NCBI GenBank assembly: GCA_965248575.1
Contig: CBDFJQ010000002.1
Coordinates: 1,120,001 to 1,184,000 of the forward strand
Source: Planctomycetota bacterium
GTDB lineage: Bacteria; Planctomycetota; B15-G4
DNA length: 64,000 nucleotides
Reading direction: 5' to 3'
Position 1 is the first letter of the stretch, and the number at the start of each line of letters is the position of its first letter. The translations under genes and the position numbers were made by a program. Positions 9,600-19,438 of this stretch are shown in pieces. A model generated the notes under the pieces. The model was given only the letters and a program-made list of their open reading frames with translations, had not been told where the DNA came from and searched no databases.

Positions 9600-10351
9600 G
9601 TGGCATTCTCCAAGACGCTCACAAAGGCTTCCTCGACGTCATCCCCTGACTGCTCGCGAAGCTCGTCCAGCGTGCCGCCGAACTGCACGCGCCCCTTGTG
9701 GATGATGGCGAGGCGATCACACAGGCGTGTCACCTCTCCCATGATGTGGGTCGAGAAGATCACGCAGCGCCCTTCGTCACGGCAGCGGCGCACGAACTCG
9801 ACGATGGTGCGCGAGGCGAGCACGTCGAGACCCACCGTGGGTTCGTCAAGAATCAAGACCCGTGGGTCGTGCAGGGCCGTTCGCGCGACGTTCACCTTCT
9901 GCCGCATGCCGCTGGAGAGGGCATCGCAACGCTTGTCGAGAAAGGAATCCATGCCGAACAGGCCGGCCAGCTCTTCGATGCGCGCCGCGATCTGTTCTTT
10001 ATCCATGCCGTTCAGGCTGCCGAAATAGGTCAAGACCTCGCGCGGGCTGAGGCGGGGGTACAGGCCCGTGTTGCCTGACAGGAAGCCGATCGATGCCCGC
10101 ACCTGGTGCGGCTCCTCGACCACGTCGAAGCCAGCCACCGTGGCGGCCCCCCGCGTGGGGGCGAGCACCGTGGACAGCATGCGCAGGGTCGTGGTCTTGC
10201 CGGCCCCGTTGGGCCCCAGAAGGCCGAAGACCTCGCCCTCGAAGCAGCTCAGGGAGAGGTCCTTCACCGCCTCGGTCACATCCTTCCCGCGCCCTTTGTA
10301 CGTCTTCGCCAACCCTTTGGCTTCGACAAGGGGAGTTGCTCCAGACGCCAT
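9596..10351 (-). CDS. ABC transporter ATP-binding protein (NatA-like)
   Basis: Walker A GPNGAGKTT, LSSGMRQ signature, Walker B LILDEPTVGLD, STH switch. Confidence 0.92.
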   Translation of the reverse strand: MASGATPLVEAKGLAKTYKGRGKDVTEAVKDLSLSCFEGEVFGLLGPNGAGKTTTLRMLSTVLAPTRGAATVAGFDVVEEPHQVRASIGFLSGNTGLYPRLSPREVLTYFGSLNGMDKEQIAARIEELAGLFGMDSFLDKRCDALSSGMRQKVNVARTALHDPRVLILDEPTVGLDVLASRTIVEFVRRCRDEGRCVIFSTHIMGEVTRLCDRLAIIHKGRVQFGGTLDELREQSGDDVEEAFVSVLENAT

Positions 10352-10490
10352 GTACCAAGTCCTCTCAAATGGCCATTTCCGTGTGAAGCTCGCGCCGAAT
10401 CCAAGCCGATTCAAATGCTCGGCGGCCTCATGCCGTATTGTCCTGCATTGACGCCTCCGATTCACCCGCTCAGATCCCTACGTCACGACC

Positions 10491-10799
10491 ATGCCGCTGC
10501 CGCGCCTGTTTCGTCGATTCTCTGCTGTGCCCTCCAACAAGGCCTCGCTCGACTTGTCCAGCCTGCCCACGGATTACGAACAGCGCATCCTGGCCGTGCT
10601 CGAACGGGTGCGGCCCATGCTCCGCAGCGATGGGGGCGACATCGAGTTCGTCCGGGCCGACGAAGCCAACGGCCTGGTGGAGGTCAGGCTCCAAGGAGCC
10701 TGCACTCATTGCGCTGCCTCGATCTTCACCATGCGGTTTGCCGTGGAGGCACGCCTCAAAGAGGCCATTCCGACGATCCAGAAGGTCGTTGCGATTTGA
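10491..10799 (+). CDS. NifU/NfuA C-terminal domain Fe-S carrier
   Basis: VRPMLRSDGGDIEFV...VRLQGACTHC (CxxC). Confidence 0.9.
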   Translation: MPLPRLFRRFSAVPSNKASLDLSSLPTDYEQRILAVLERVRPMLRSDGGDIEFVRADEANGLVEVRLQGACTHCAASIFTMRFAVEARLKEAIPTIQKVVAI

Positions 10800-10854
10800 T
10801 TCAATGCTGGTCCATTCCTTCGATGATTCCGCCGCTCCTCCTGAGCTTCTCACC

Positions 10855-13092
10855 GTGAACGCACGCAACCCTTGGATCGCCGCTCTCCTGGCCATGCTCC
10901 TGCTCGCTGCGTGCGGCGAATCCCCGGCATCGGGGGCAGAAGCGGGGCAGACCGACGGAGGGTCTCGGGCGCCCCTGGGCGCTGCAGCCACCGACCAGGC
11001 GCCTGCGGATGGAAGCATCCACTTCGTGTGGTTTTCGCGGCTCCAGGGGTATGGCGAGGGAGTGCCCTGCACTCCTGCCCTCACACCACCGCTGCCCGCT
11101 GCCGCCCGACTCACGGCCGAGTTGGAGGCGCAAGGTGACAACGCCCTCCTGACATTCATCGGGGACACGCTCGTTCAACCCGCCAGCATCAGCAGTGCAC
11201 CGGCTTCAGCAGCGGCCGCCCTGGCGCGCATCGACAACGACCTCGACGCCATGGCCAGGGCGGGCGTGGACATCTACGTCCCAGGTCACGGCGACATGCT
11301 GAACGGCCTCGGGGACTTGCTCGATCGGGCAGCGGCCCGGGACATCCCCGTACTGCTCTCCAATGTCACGATGGATGGGCGGGACGACATCAAGCGCTAC
11401 ATGATCGTTGAGCAACAAGGGGTTCGCCTCGCAGTCCTGGGCGTCATTCCCAGGCAAGGCTCAGGGGTCGGCACCGCCAACCCGAAGAACAGGAACGGTG
11501 TGCAGTTCCTCCCCCCCGGGAAAGTGGTGCGGGAGCTTTCGCGCGACATCCTCTCGCGTGGCGAGGCCAACGCCATCGTCTGCCTGAGCGCGCTCACGAA
11601 CGACGCGAACCAGAACCTGTGCTCCATCCCCAACCTCCACTTCATGATCGGCTCCTCGAACGCGAACGTACACACCCAAGAAGTGGTGCGGCGGGAAGGC
11701 ACAACGATGTTCCTGCAGCGAATCGCGGGGCGCGCCTTGGCCCTCACCACCTTCCGCTGGGTGAACGATGACTGGAACCTCGCAGACATCTCCCAGCGGC
11801 ATGTGCTCCCTGCACAGCTCGCCACCGAGAGGGAAGCCCTGGCCAAGTACGAGCAGACCTATGGCAGCAGTGACCCGGAGGTCCTGGCTCCCATGGTCAT
11901 CCCCGCCAACCCCGAGACGTTCCTGACCAAGTACGAGCTCATCGAGGAGAACGAAGCCTGGCTGGAGAAGGCGTCGGAATGGCCGGGCTCGTACCTCGAC
12001 CATCAGACCCCGGAAGCTCCGGCCCTCGCTGACGACGATCCCGTGCGCGCCGTCCTCGCCCGGCATGGCAGCGCCATCCGCGCTTCCATCAACGAGTTCG
12101 ACGGGCCCCTACAACCGCTCGATTCCGAGAGCGCCATCCCTGTGGCGGAGGACTGTCAGAGCTGCCACCAGAATCAGTACGACTTCTGGGCGAACACCGG
12201 GCACGCAACGAGCTACGACCTCCTGCTGGAGCAGGAGCGGGAATACGACAGCTCATGCCTGGTGTGCCATGTCGCCGGCTTCGGTCGCTCGGGGGGCTTC
12301 CTGGACCCGCGTCACGCGGCACCCTATGGCGGCATCACCTGCTACACCTGCCACCAGGTCCAGACAACGCACGTCATCAACAAGCGTCTCGTGGTCGACC
12401 CGCTCTACATCGGTGCCAGCAAGCGCGACGAGATGACATGCTCGGTCTGTCACAACAATCAACGGTCTCCCGAATTCGTCGAATCCGAGGCCTTTGACCA
12501 GATCGCTTGTCCGCCCATGCGCTTCGACGACCCGGTCCTGCTGCAGACCCGCGCGCAAGCAATTGAGGCCATCGAGATGCTGAGGGCGCGGGGCAAGGCG
12601 ACCGACTGGGACAGCTATCTGGAGGGCCGGGCCAAGGTAGGCCTCGGCCTGTCCGAAGAGGGCCTCGGCCTGATCAAGGACTACATCCTCGCGCAGACCG
12701 ACTGGCCCCAAATGACCTACTTCACAGCGCAGTACTTGCAAGATCAGGGGGATGCTGCGGGCGCGGTTCAGGTGCTGCGGGAATACCTCGCCGTAGAACC
12801 CGGCAACTTGCAGATGAACATCGCCTACCTGGACCTGTTGACCCAATCTGACTCGCCTGAGGTTCGCGACCCGGAGCTTGCCCTGAGCCACGCGAGCCTG
12901 ATCGCGCCGCTTGAGTACGAGCGCCTCGACTCGGTTCTCATTCCGGTCTACATCGTCCAGATCGACATGTTGAACGAGCTGGGCAGACGTCAGGAGGCCT
13001 TCGACATGCTCTTCCGACTGGGGCAGCGCTTCGAAGACAACGCGACGATCGATGAGGCCTTGGTTCGCTACGGGCTCAAGGCCGAGGACTGA
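10855..13092 (+). CDS. Lipoprotein: degenerate 5'-nucleotidase-like domain + tetraheme cytochrome c + TPR-like C-terminus
   Basis: Lipobox LLAAC; FIGDTL, PGHGDM, LLSNV, GVRLAVLGV blocks; CQSCH, CLVCH, CYTCH, CSVCH; GTG start estimated. Confidence 0.75.
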   Translation: MNARNPWIAALLAMLLLAACGESPASGAEAGQTDGGSRAPLGAAATDQAPADGSIHFVWFSRLQGYGEGVPCTPALTPPLPAAARLTAELEAQGDNALLTFIGDTLVQPASISSAPASAAAALARIDNDLDAMARAGVDIYVPGHGDMLNGLGDLLDRAAARDIPVLLSNVTMDGRDDIKRYMIVEQQGVRLAVLGVIPRQGSGVGTANPKNRNGVQFLPPGKVVRELSRDILSRGEANAIVCLSALTNDANQNLCSIPNLHFMIGSSNANVHTQEVVRREGTTMFLQRIAGRALALTTFRWVNDDWNLADISQRHVLPAQLATEREALAKYEQTYGSSDPEVLAPMVIPANPETFLTKYELIEENEAWLEKASEWPGSYLDHQTPEAPALADDDPVRAVLARHGSAIRASINEFDGPLQPLDSESAIPVAEDCQSCHQNQYDFWANTGHATSYDLLLEQEREYDSSCLVCHVAGFGRSGGFLDPRHAAPYGGITCYTCHQVQTTHVINKRLVVDPLYIGASKRDEMTCSVCHNNQRSPEFVESEAFDQIACPPMRFDDPVLLQTRAQAIEAIEMLRARGKATDWDSYLEGRAKVGLGLSEEGLGLIKDYILAQTDWPQMTYFTAQYLQDQGDAAGAVQVLREYLAVEPGNLQMNIAYLDLLTQSDSPEVRDPELALSHASLIAPLEYERLDSVLIPVYIVQIDMLNELGRRQEAFDMLFRLGQRFEDNATIDEALVRYGLKAED

Positions 13093-13680
13093 TCAGCGGG
13101 GGACCTCTGGTCGCGCGCCTTCCAGCTCAAGGGTCTCCGTCAACCAGTCGGCGATCGATGGCGGAAACCACCCGCGACAGGTGTCGCCCACAGCCCGGGT
13201 CAGCTCGAGCGATGAGCTGCCATCGAGTGAGTCCTGCAGGGAGGTCATGTCGGGGAACATGCTCCGTGCAAACATGAGCAGTGTGACGAACAAGGTCACG
13301 TACACGGCCCCGCGAAGCAGCCCGAACACCAGCCCAAGGGTCCGGTCGACACCGCCCATGTCCGTTTCTTCGGCAGCCGCGCGCAAGAGCTTGGAGAGCA
13401 GCGCGCCCGCCAGCAGGGTGCCCGCAAACACCGTGGCGCAGCCCACGAGGACGCCGATCCGCTGACTGTCCTGGGTGCCTGAGATCAGCGGCCAGTCCGA
13501 TGCCCCGAGGGATTCCCCGAAGGTGCCCGCCAGGATGATGCCCACAACCACCGTCGCCAAGCCCACGATGAAGCGGATGGCGCCCTTGACCAGGCCCGCG
13601 ATGCCGTAGCCGACAATGACGAGCAGCGCGAGCCCATCGATCCAACTCAGGGACACGCCATCGAGCACGGGAGGAGACAT
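13093..13680 (-). CDS. CvpA family membrane protein
   Basis: WIDGLAL...GLVKGAIR and DRTLGLVFGLLRG motifs. Confidence 0.85.
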   Translation of the reverse strand: MSPPVLDGVSLSWIDGLALLVIVGYGIAGLVKGAIRFIVGLATVVVGIILAGTFGESLGASDWPLISGTQDSQRIGVLVGCATVFAGTLLAGALLSKLLRAAAEETDMGGVDRTLGLVFGLLRGAVYVTLFVTLLMFARSMFPDMTSLQDSLDGSSSLELTRAVGDTCRGWFPPSIADWLTETLELEGARPEVPR

Positions 13681-13763
13681 CTCGACTGTCTTTCAGGAAC
13701 GAGTGGGGGAGCACACCCTGCTCGGGCAGCGTTGCCCGGACGTTGACGCGCGACACATCCAGC

Positions 13764-14600
13764 CTACGCCTTCGGTAGCTCGAGGCGAAAGGTCACCGAC
13801 GATTCGCTCTCTTCCGCAGCAAGCACGCGAATGCTGCCGCCGAAGCGCTCGAGAATCTCTCGACAAAGCGCCAGCCCCAAACCGGTTCCCGCTCCCTCCT
13901 GCTTCGTTGTCACGAAGGAGTCAAAAACACTTTCGAGCATGGCGGGGGGGATGGATGGGCCGTTGTTCGACACGTCGAGCTGCCAGCTCTCGGCCCGTTC
14001 GTCGACTCGCAGCACGATCCCGCGCGCTGTTGTCTCCGACTCCTCGAGGCTCTCCCGCGCGTTGTCGAGCAGGTTCAACAGCACCTGGATGAACGCCCCT
14101 TGTTGGCCCTTCACATGGCAACCGGCCTCAGGAATGTTCGCCACGACGGTCACGCCCGATTGACGCATGGCGTGCGTGGTCAGGTTGAGAGCAGCCTGAA
14201 CGGCACGCGCCAGGTCGAGGCTTCCGGTCCCGGTGCCGGCATCGCGCCGGACGAACGACAGCATGTCGTCCACCAGGGCGCCGAGGCGTTTCGTCTCCTG
14301 GATGATGCGACCCACATCGTCCGCATCGCTCGCCTCCTCCAAGGTCTCCTGGAGCAACTGGGCGTATCCTTGAATGACCGCGAGAGGGTTGCGGATCTCA
14401 TGCACGATCCCTGCCAGCATGCGTCCCGCCTGCAACAGCCTCGCCTCGTGCGCGACCTCCAGCACATCGCCCGCCTCCCGTTGCTGAACGCCCGCCATCG
14501 CACCTGCGCCCGCAGACTTTCCAGCCGGCGGGGGGGGCGTCCTGCGGCCCGAGGGGGGTATCGGCTCGGGAGCGAATTCACCAGCAGCCTGCGACGACAT
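13764..14600 (-). CDS. Histidine kinase (HisKA + HATPase) with no evident sensor domain
   Basis: H box GIVHEIRNPL, N box QVLLNLLDNA, F box VFDSFVTTK, G2 GTGLGLAL. Confidence 0.9.
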   Translation of the reverse strand: MSSQAAGEFAPEPIPPSGRRTPPPPAGKSAGAGAMAGVQQREAGDVLEVAHEARLLQAGRMLAGIVHEIRNPLAVIQGYAQLLQETLEEASDADDVGRIIQETKRLGALVDDMLSFVRRDAGTGTGSLDLARAVQAALNLTTHAMRQSGVTVVANIPEAGCHVKGQQGAFIQVLLNLLDNARESLEESETTARGIVLRVDERAESWQLDVSNNGPSIPPAMLESVFDSFVTTKQEGAGTGLGLALCREILERFGGSIRVLAAEESESSVTFRLELPKA

Positions 14601-14725
14601 GGGCGGACCAACCTCTCGAGAGAACCAGGAGAGCCGAATTCACCACGCCGGCCAGGCCCGTTCCAGCGAAAAGCGGCCTCGGGCATGCCAGGCAGAGGCT
14701 CGGTCGATACGAGGCAGGTCCGGAG

Positions 14726-16615
14726 CTAGGGTCGGCGGATGGGGAGGTTCTCCGACTTCCGTTGCTCCCCCTGCACCCAGTGCAGGAGCAGTTCTGAGCG
14801 CTTGTCACTGACGCCCAGGGACATGTGGTAATCGTCGGCGAGACGAGCCGCATCAGCGTACAGCCGGCATTCCACCAACGTTCGCACCAGCAACTCCACG
14901 GCCTGGTCCGCAGTTTCGGTGCTCATGACACTCTTCCAGGACTCCGACGCCCGCTCGTAGGCGGCCTCCGGCAGACGCAGAAGCGGCGCATTCCAAACGG
15001 ACATCAGGTGGGCCGCCCGGAAGAGTTCGTCCGGAGTCTTGGGCCCGCCGTCCTCCAGCAAGTGCGTCAAACTGCGCCCTTCAGCGGTGCGGTGCTCCAT
15101 GCTCATCAACCAGGGCTGCAGCGGCTCATCCCGCCAACCACTCGTCCAAAGAAAGGTCCCCAGGAGCACACCGCCGACAGCGAAAGCCAGGCGGCGAGTC
15201 CAGGCCTTCTTGGGGTCAGCACCCGCAACCCCAGCGCCCGCGACTCCTAGGAGCAGCACGTCGAAGGGCGCCATGGCCGCGGGCCCGATGGCACTTGCCG
15301 CCATGAGCAACAACCAGGTGAGCGCGCCCACGACGACCCCCGCGCGCGGCCAACTTGCCGGTGCAGCCCCCTTGCGGACGAGCCCAATCACGGTGAGCGC
15401 AAACAACAACAGGCCGCCACGAAGGAACACGTCGAACAGCCCCAAGCCGAAGCGGCCGCGGGCAAGCGCCTGGCTGGAAGCCTCCACCGCGCTGGCACCG
15501 GGTTCCTGCTGCTCCAGGGCTTCGAGGTCCACCTGCCCCAGACCACTGGCCTGAACCACGTACTCGAACCGCCGCGGGCCCATCAACTGGAACGCCAGTC
15601 GGTTCAGCCAAGTTTGCCCGATCCACACGCCGTCAGACTGGGTTGTCGCGTCCCAAGCAGTGCTCAAGGCAAGCCGTGCACGTTGATCCGCGTCGGTGGG
15701 GATGTCGTTGGGATGGGGGCCTGGATGGTCAACCATCGCACTCCACGAATAGGCCCACGCGGTGTCTGGAAACCACGGGCGTTCCCCATCTGACCCCCGC
15801 TGCACGGCCCAACCCGAAGCCAGAGCCAACACCAGGATCGTGACCCCGGCGAGCATCCGACCAAAGGGCGGAATAGGCATGAGCCAGACGAGCACCCCAA
15901 CCACCAGGGCCACGGCTGCGAGCACGCCACCGGCCACCACGAAGGCCCCACCAGCCAGTGCACACAGCACACTCGACAGGACTCCCGGGCGATGCCTGGC
16001 GAAGGCCAGCGCTGCGACCATGAGACAGGCCATCGAGCCGGTGATGAGCTCTGGCGTCGGGCTCACCGAGCTCAGGATCAGCGTGGGGTGAACAGCCCAA
16101 AGCCAGGCCATCCAGCTTGCAGCGCGCAGCATGGAACGGCGGCTGAGCCCTGAGATCGCAGCCAGTGCGGCGGCACAAAGCAACGCCGCCAGAAATCCGA
16201 GACCCGAGAGCCCAATGGCGAGCAGGCGAACGTTTCGCAGACTGTCTACCGGCAGCACTTCGCCGAGCTGGGTCAACAGCAACGCCAGGCCCGGAGCGCG
16301 CACCCGGTTCAGGGATCCCCAGGGGCGGCCTTCCCAGACCGTGACGAATCCATCCGTTTCCCACTCACCGACGGGAAGCTCCGCGCTGCTCGCATAGCCG
16401 ATCCGCAACGCCAAACCCACAGCGATGGCAAGGACTAGCAACAGGAAGGCCCTGAAGCCTGCACCAGAAGACCCGGCAGCTGCGCTGGACGGACGCTGAT
16501 CGCCGCCGGCAGATGCAGCATGCGCCGATTGCGCGGCGTCCTCAGCTGGGACGTCGGGATCGGTGGATGGCTGCTCCGGGTTCGACTCCGGGGACTCGCT
16601 GGCTGTCTCGGTCAT
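14726..16615 (-). CDS. Polytopic membrane protein, possibly GT-C (ArnT/PMT-like) glycosyltransferase
   Basis: Many TM helices; RAPGLALLL and WAVHPTLILSSVSPTPE loosely resemble GT-C loops; function weakly supported. Confidence 0.5.
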   Translation of the reverse strand: MTETASESPESNPEQPSTDPDVPAEDAAQSAHAASAGGDQRPSSAAAGSSGAGFRAFLLLVLAIAVGLALRIGYASSAELPVGEWETDGFVTVWEGRPWGSLNRVRAPGLALLLTQLGEVLPVDSLRNVRLLAIGLSGLGFLAALLCAAALAAISGLSRRSMLRAASWMAWLWAVHPTLILSSVSPTPELITGSMACLMVAALAFARHRPGVLSSVLCALAGGAFVVAGGVLAAVALVVGVLVWLMPIPPFGRMLAGVTILVLALASGWAVQRGSDGERPWFPDTAWAYSWSAMVDHPGPHPNDIPTDADQRARLALSTAWDATTQSDGVWIGQTWLNRLAFQLMGPRRFEYVVQASGLGQVDLEALEQQEPGASAVEASSQALARGRFGLGLFDVFLRGGLLLFALTVIGLVRKGAAPASWPRAGVVVGALTWLLLMAASAIGPAAMAPFDVLLLGVAGAGVAGADPKKAWTRRLAFAVGGVLLGTFLWTSGWRDEPLQPWLMSMEHRTAEGRSLTHLLEDGGPKTPDELFRAAHLMSVWNAPLLRLPEAAYERASESWKSVMSTETADQAVELLVRTLVECRLYADAARLADDYHMSLGVSDKRSELLLHWVQGEQRKSENLPIRRP

Positions 16616-16795
16616 TCGTCTGGTGCGCTCCAAATCACGGCCATCGGACGACGATGAAAGCAGTCCGACGACAGCAAAACGATTCCTTAGCCTGGGGTTT
16701 CTTGGCTGGCTCTAGCGCTGACCCAGCGAGCGGGTCACCTGAGCCGCCAGCAGCTGAGCGTCGATTCCATTGCAGCCGGACTCACCCGCCCCCAA

Positions 16796-16823
16796 ACGTC
16801 TGATAATCAGTATTATGACCAAC
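16796..16823. other. Putative dif-like XerC/XerD recombination site
   Basis: ACGTCTGATAA-TCAGTA-TTATGACCAAC: 11-6-11 layout with the ATAA-N6-TTATG core, in an AT-rich intergenic spot; outer XerD arm deviates. Confidence 0.45.
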
Positions 16824-16987
16824 TGCGCAATTCAGGCCCATTCTGGCCCTTCAGCCGGGCTTTGAGGCCTCTTCTCAGCCAGACTTGCGACGAATCCTCT
16901 TCGCTCAGGACTCCGCTCTTCAGCGCACCAACCACTCGTGACTCCCTCAGCGCATCCCTCGTTGCATCCCTCGTTGAGTCACCGGCG

Positions 16988-17773
16988 GTGACCCGACCCC
17001 AGGCCATCCACATCAGCGACCCAGCTGACCCGACCCAGCTCGCGGCAGCCAGGCGCTGGGCCCTGGAGCTCGACCTGCCGCTGGCTGACGCGGACAGCGC
17101 GCCCTCGGAGTCTCCCGTGCTTCGCGTCACCGAGTTCGGGCTCGAACTGCTTTCTGAGATGGGGCGCCTCCGGGTTGATTTCCTGGCAGGCCGCGAAGCC
17201 CTGCGTGCGCTGCGAGGCGCCGGCTCCCGGGAGCCCTTGAGTCGCGCCCTGGGCCTGCGAGCCAAGCAACCCATCCGAAAGGTGCTGGATGCCACCGCCG
17301 GACTCGGCCGCGACAGCTTCCTGCTGGCTTGTCTCGGAGCCGACGTGTGCGCGGTCGAAAGGGACCCGGTGGTGGGCGCCTTGCTCCAAGACGGCCTGGA
17401 ACGCGGCCTCGCTCACCCAGACGTTCAAGACATCGTGCGAGCCGTTCGGCTCCTACGCGGCGACGCCCTCGACATCCTCACAAGGCTGAGCCCCGACGAA
17501 GCCCCCGAAGCCGTCTACATCGATCCGATGTTCCCGATCCGACGCAAGTCGGCTCTCGTGAAGAAGGAAATGCGCATGGTTGCTGATCTGGCCGGTGGTC
17601 CAGCGCGCGACAGTGATATCACGGCGCTTCACGAACAAGCATGCGCCGTCGCAACCCGACGCGTCGTCATGAAGCGCCCCACCGGAGCTCCGCAGCTCCA
17701 GGGTATGCGTCCAGCTCATCAGAGCACCGACGGCGGCCGCACCACGCGCTACGACATCTGGCTGACTGCCTGA
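16988..17773 (+). CDS. rsmJ: 16S rRNA m2G1516 methyltransferase RsmJ-like
   Basis: LRVDF, VLDATAGLGRDSFLLA, YIDPMFP.RRKSALVKKEM, ATRRVVMKRP; start estimated. Confidence 0.85.
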   Translation: MTRPQAIHISDPADPTQLAAARRWALELDLPLADADSAPSESPVLRVTEFGLELLSEMGRLRVDFLAGREALRALRGAGSREPLSRALGLRAKQPIRKVLDATAGLGRDSFLLACLGADVCAVERDPVVGALLQDGLERGLAHPDVQDIVRAVRLLRGDALDILTRLSPDEAPEAVYIDPMFPIRRKSALVKKEMRMVADLAGGPARDSDITALHEQACAVATRRVVMKRPTGAPQLQGMRPAHQSTDGGRTTRYDIWLTA

Positions 17774-17776
17774 GCG

Positions 17777-19201
17777 TCAGGACCTCAGCGCGTGCTTCAG
17801 CAAGACATGCGCGACACATGCGGTCAGGCGTTTGCCTGTCGCAAGGTCCAGGAACTCGTTCGGTCCGTGCGCATTGCTCTTGGGGCCCAGCACACCCGTG
17901 ATCATGAACTGCGCATCAGGGAAGATCTCCCCGAGCATGCCCATGAACGGGATCGTTCCGCCTTCGCCCATGAAGCAGGCGGGGCGCCCGAAGCTCTCGT
18001 GCGACGCCTCATCCAGAGCCTGTCCAAGCCAATCGGCGAGCGGCGGTGCATCCCACCCATCGCAGGCCTCCTCACCCTCGAAACGCACGTTCGCACCGTA
18101 CGGAGGACTCTCCTCCAGGACGGCCTTGATGCGTGCTACGGCGGCCTTGCTCTCGCAGGTGGGCGGCAAACGGAAGGACAACTTGGCGCGCGTACGAGGT
18201 CGCAGGACATTGCCAGCGATCCCCAAGGGAGGCAGCCCTTCTTGCCCCGTCACCACCAGGGTCGGAGCCCACGTGCGCTGCAGAACCAGTTCCGTTGAGT
18301 CCTCGCGCACCGGCCGCACGCCAGGTGCGAAGGGAAACTTGGACTCGACCGCCCCACCGAGTTGTTGGGCCGCGACAGCTGCCTGTTCGCGCCGCTGCGC
18401 CGGCACATCCACGTGCAGTTCGGGCAAGCTGAGTTCGCCATCGTCCTCGTTCTCAAGCCGCGATAGCAGGCTGCGCAAGACCCGGAAGGAATCCGGAACG
18501 ATCCCACTGGCGTCGCCCGAGTGAACACCCTCTGTCAGGACGTCCACCGTCAGGGTCCCCATCGCCATCCCACGCAAGGACGTCGTGCACCACAGCTGGT
18601 CGTAGTTCCCGCAACCGGAGTCGAGGCACACCACGAGGCTGGGTTCGCCGATACGATCGCGGAGAGTTTCGATGTACGCAGGCAGGTCCTCGCTACCGCT
18701 CTCCTCACACGCTTCGATCAAGACCACGCAGCGCGCGTGCGGCAGCCCCTGTTCGGTCAGCGCGCGGATCGCCGTCAGGGAAGCGAAGGCGGAGTAACCA
18801 TCGTCCGCCCCACCGCGGCCATAGAGACGACCGTCGCGCAGGACAGGAGTCCACGGCCCCAGCCCCTCTTCCCAACCCTCCATGGGCGGCTGCTTGTCGA
18901 GATGCCCATAGAGCAGGACCGTGTCGTCCACCTGGCCCGGGATCTCCATCAAGATCAGCGGCGTGCGCCCCGGAAGCCGCACCACCTCGACCTGCAAGCC
19001 AGGGATGTCCTGAACGCGGCACCAGTCGGCAACCAGACCCACCGCTGCCTCCATGTGACCTGCTTGCTCCCAATCGGGGTCGAAGTGCGGCGACTGGTTC
19101 GGAATCCGGATGTACTCGATCAGCTGCGGGAGAATGGACGCATCCCAGCTCTCATCCACCAAGCTCTTGCAACGTTGGAAGTCCCATGCCTCGGCGCTCA
19201 T
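17777..19201 (-). CDS. M20/M25/M40 family metallopeptidase
   Basis: YGHLDKQPP, LYGRGGADDG, CEESGS, NAHGPNE. Confidence 0.93.
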   Translation of the reverse strand: MSAEAWDFQRCKSLVDESWDASILPQLIEYIRIPNQSPHFDPDWEQAGHMEAAVGLVADWCRVQDIPGLQVEVVRLPGRTPLILMEIPGQVDDTVLLYGHLDKQPPMEGWEEGLGPWTPVLRDGRLYGRGGADDGYSAFASLTAIRALTEQGLPHARCVVLIEACEESGSEDLPAYIETLRDRIGEPSLVVCLDSGCGNYDQLWCTTSLRGMAMGTLTVDVLTEGVHSGDASGIVPDSFRVLRSLLSRLENEDDGELSLPELHVDVPAQRREQAAVAAQQLGGAVESKFPFAPGVRPVREDSTELVLQRTWAPTLVVTGQEGLPPLGIAGNVLRPRTRAKLSFRLPPTCESKAAVARIKAVLEESPPYGANVRFEGEEACDGWDAPPLADWLGQALDEASHESFGRPACFMGEGGTIPFMGMLGEIFPDAQFMITGVLGPKSNAHGPNEFLDLATGKRLTACVAHVLLKHALRS

Positions 19202-19400
19202 ACGTCTCCTGGATCTTCAATAAAACGGCGTGAAAGTGGTGCTGAGAGCCCGTTATTAACCCCCAGCGATCGAATCCGGCGAGCCAGCCTACTCGGGGCC
19301 AGGGCTTCTTTTCCAAATTCCTGAGATTCCCTGTCCGCTGCACCCCGCTTTGCGCGCTTCTGCCCTGGGCGGGCAGTCCGTCCAAGGCACCACTCTGCCC

Positions 19401-19420
19401 ACTGACTTTCGAAAGGCACT
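19401..19420. promoter_or_regulatory. Imperfect palindrome, candidate TetR operator
   Basis: ACTGA-CTTTCGAAAG-GCACT (16/20 self-complementary), 18 bp before the tetR ATG. Confidence 0.4.
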
Positions 19421-19438
19421 CCGGGGTCCCTCGCTCCC

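Noticed and set aside
11040..11090. Selenocysteine (CxU) in the UshA-like domain of the multiheme protein
   Set aside because: The frame reads GVPCTP with no in-frame TGA
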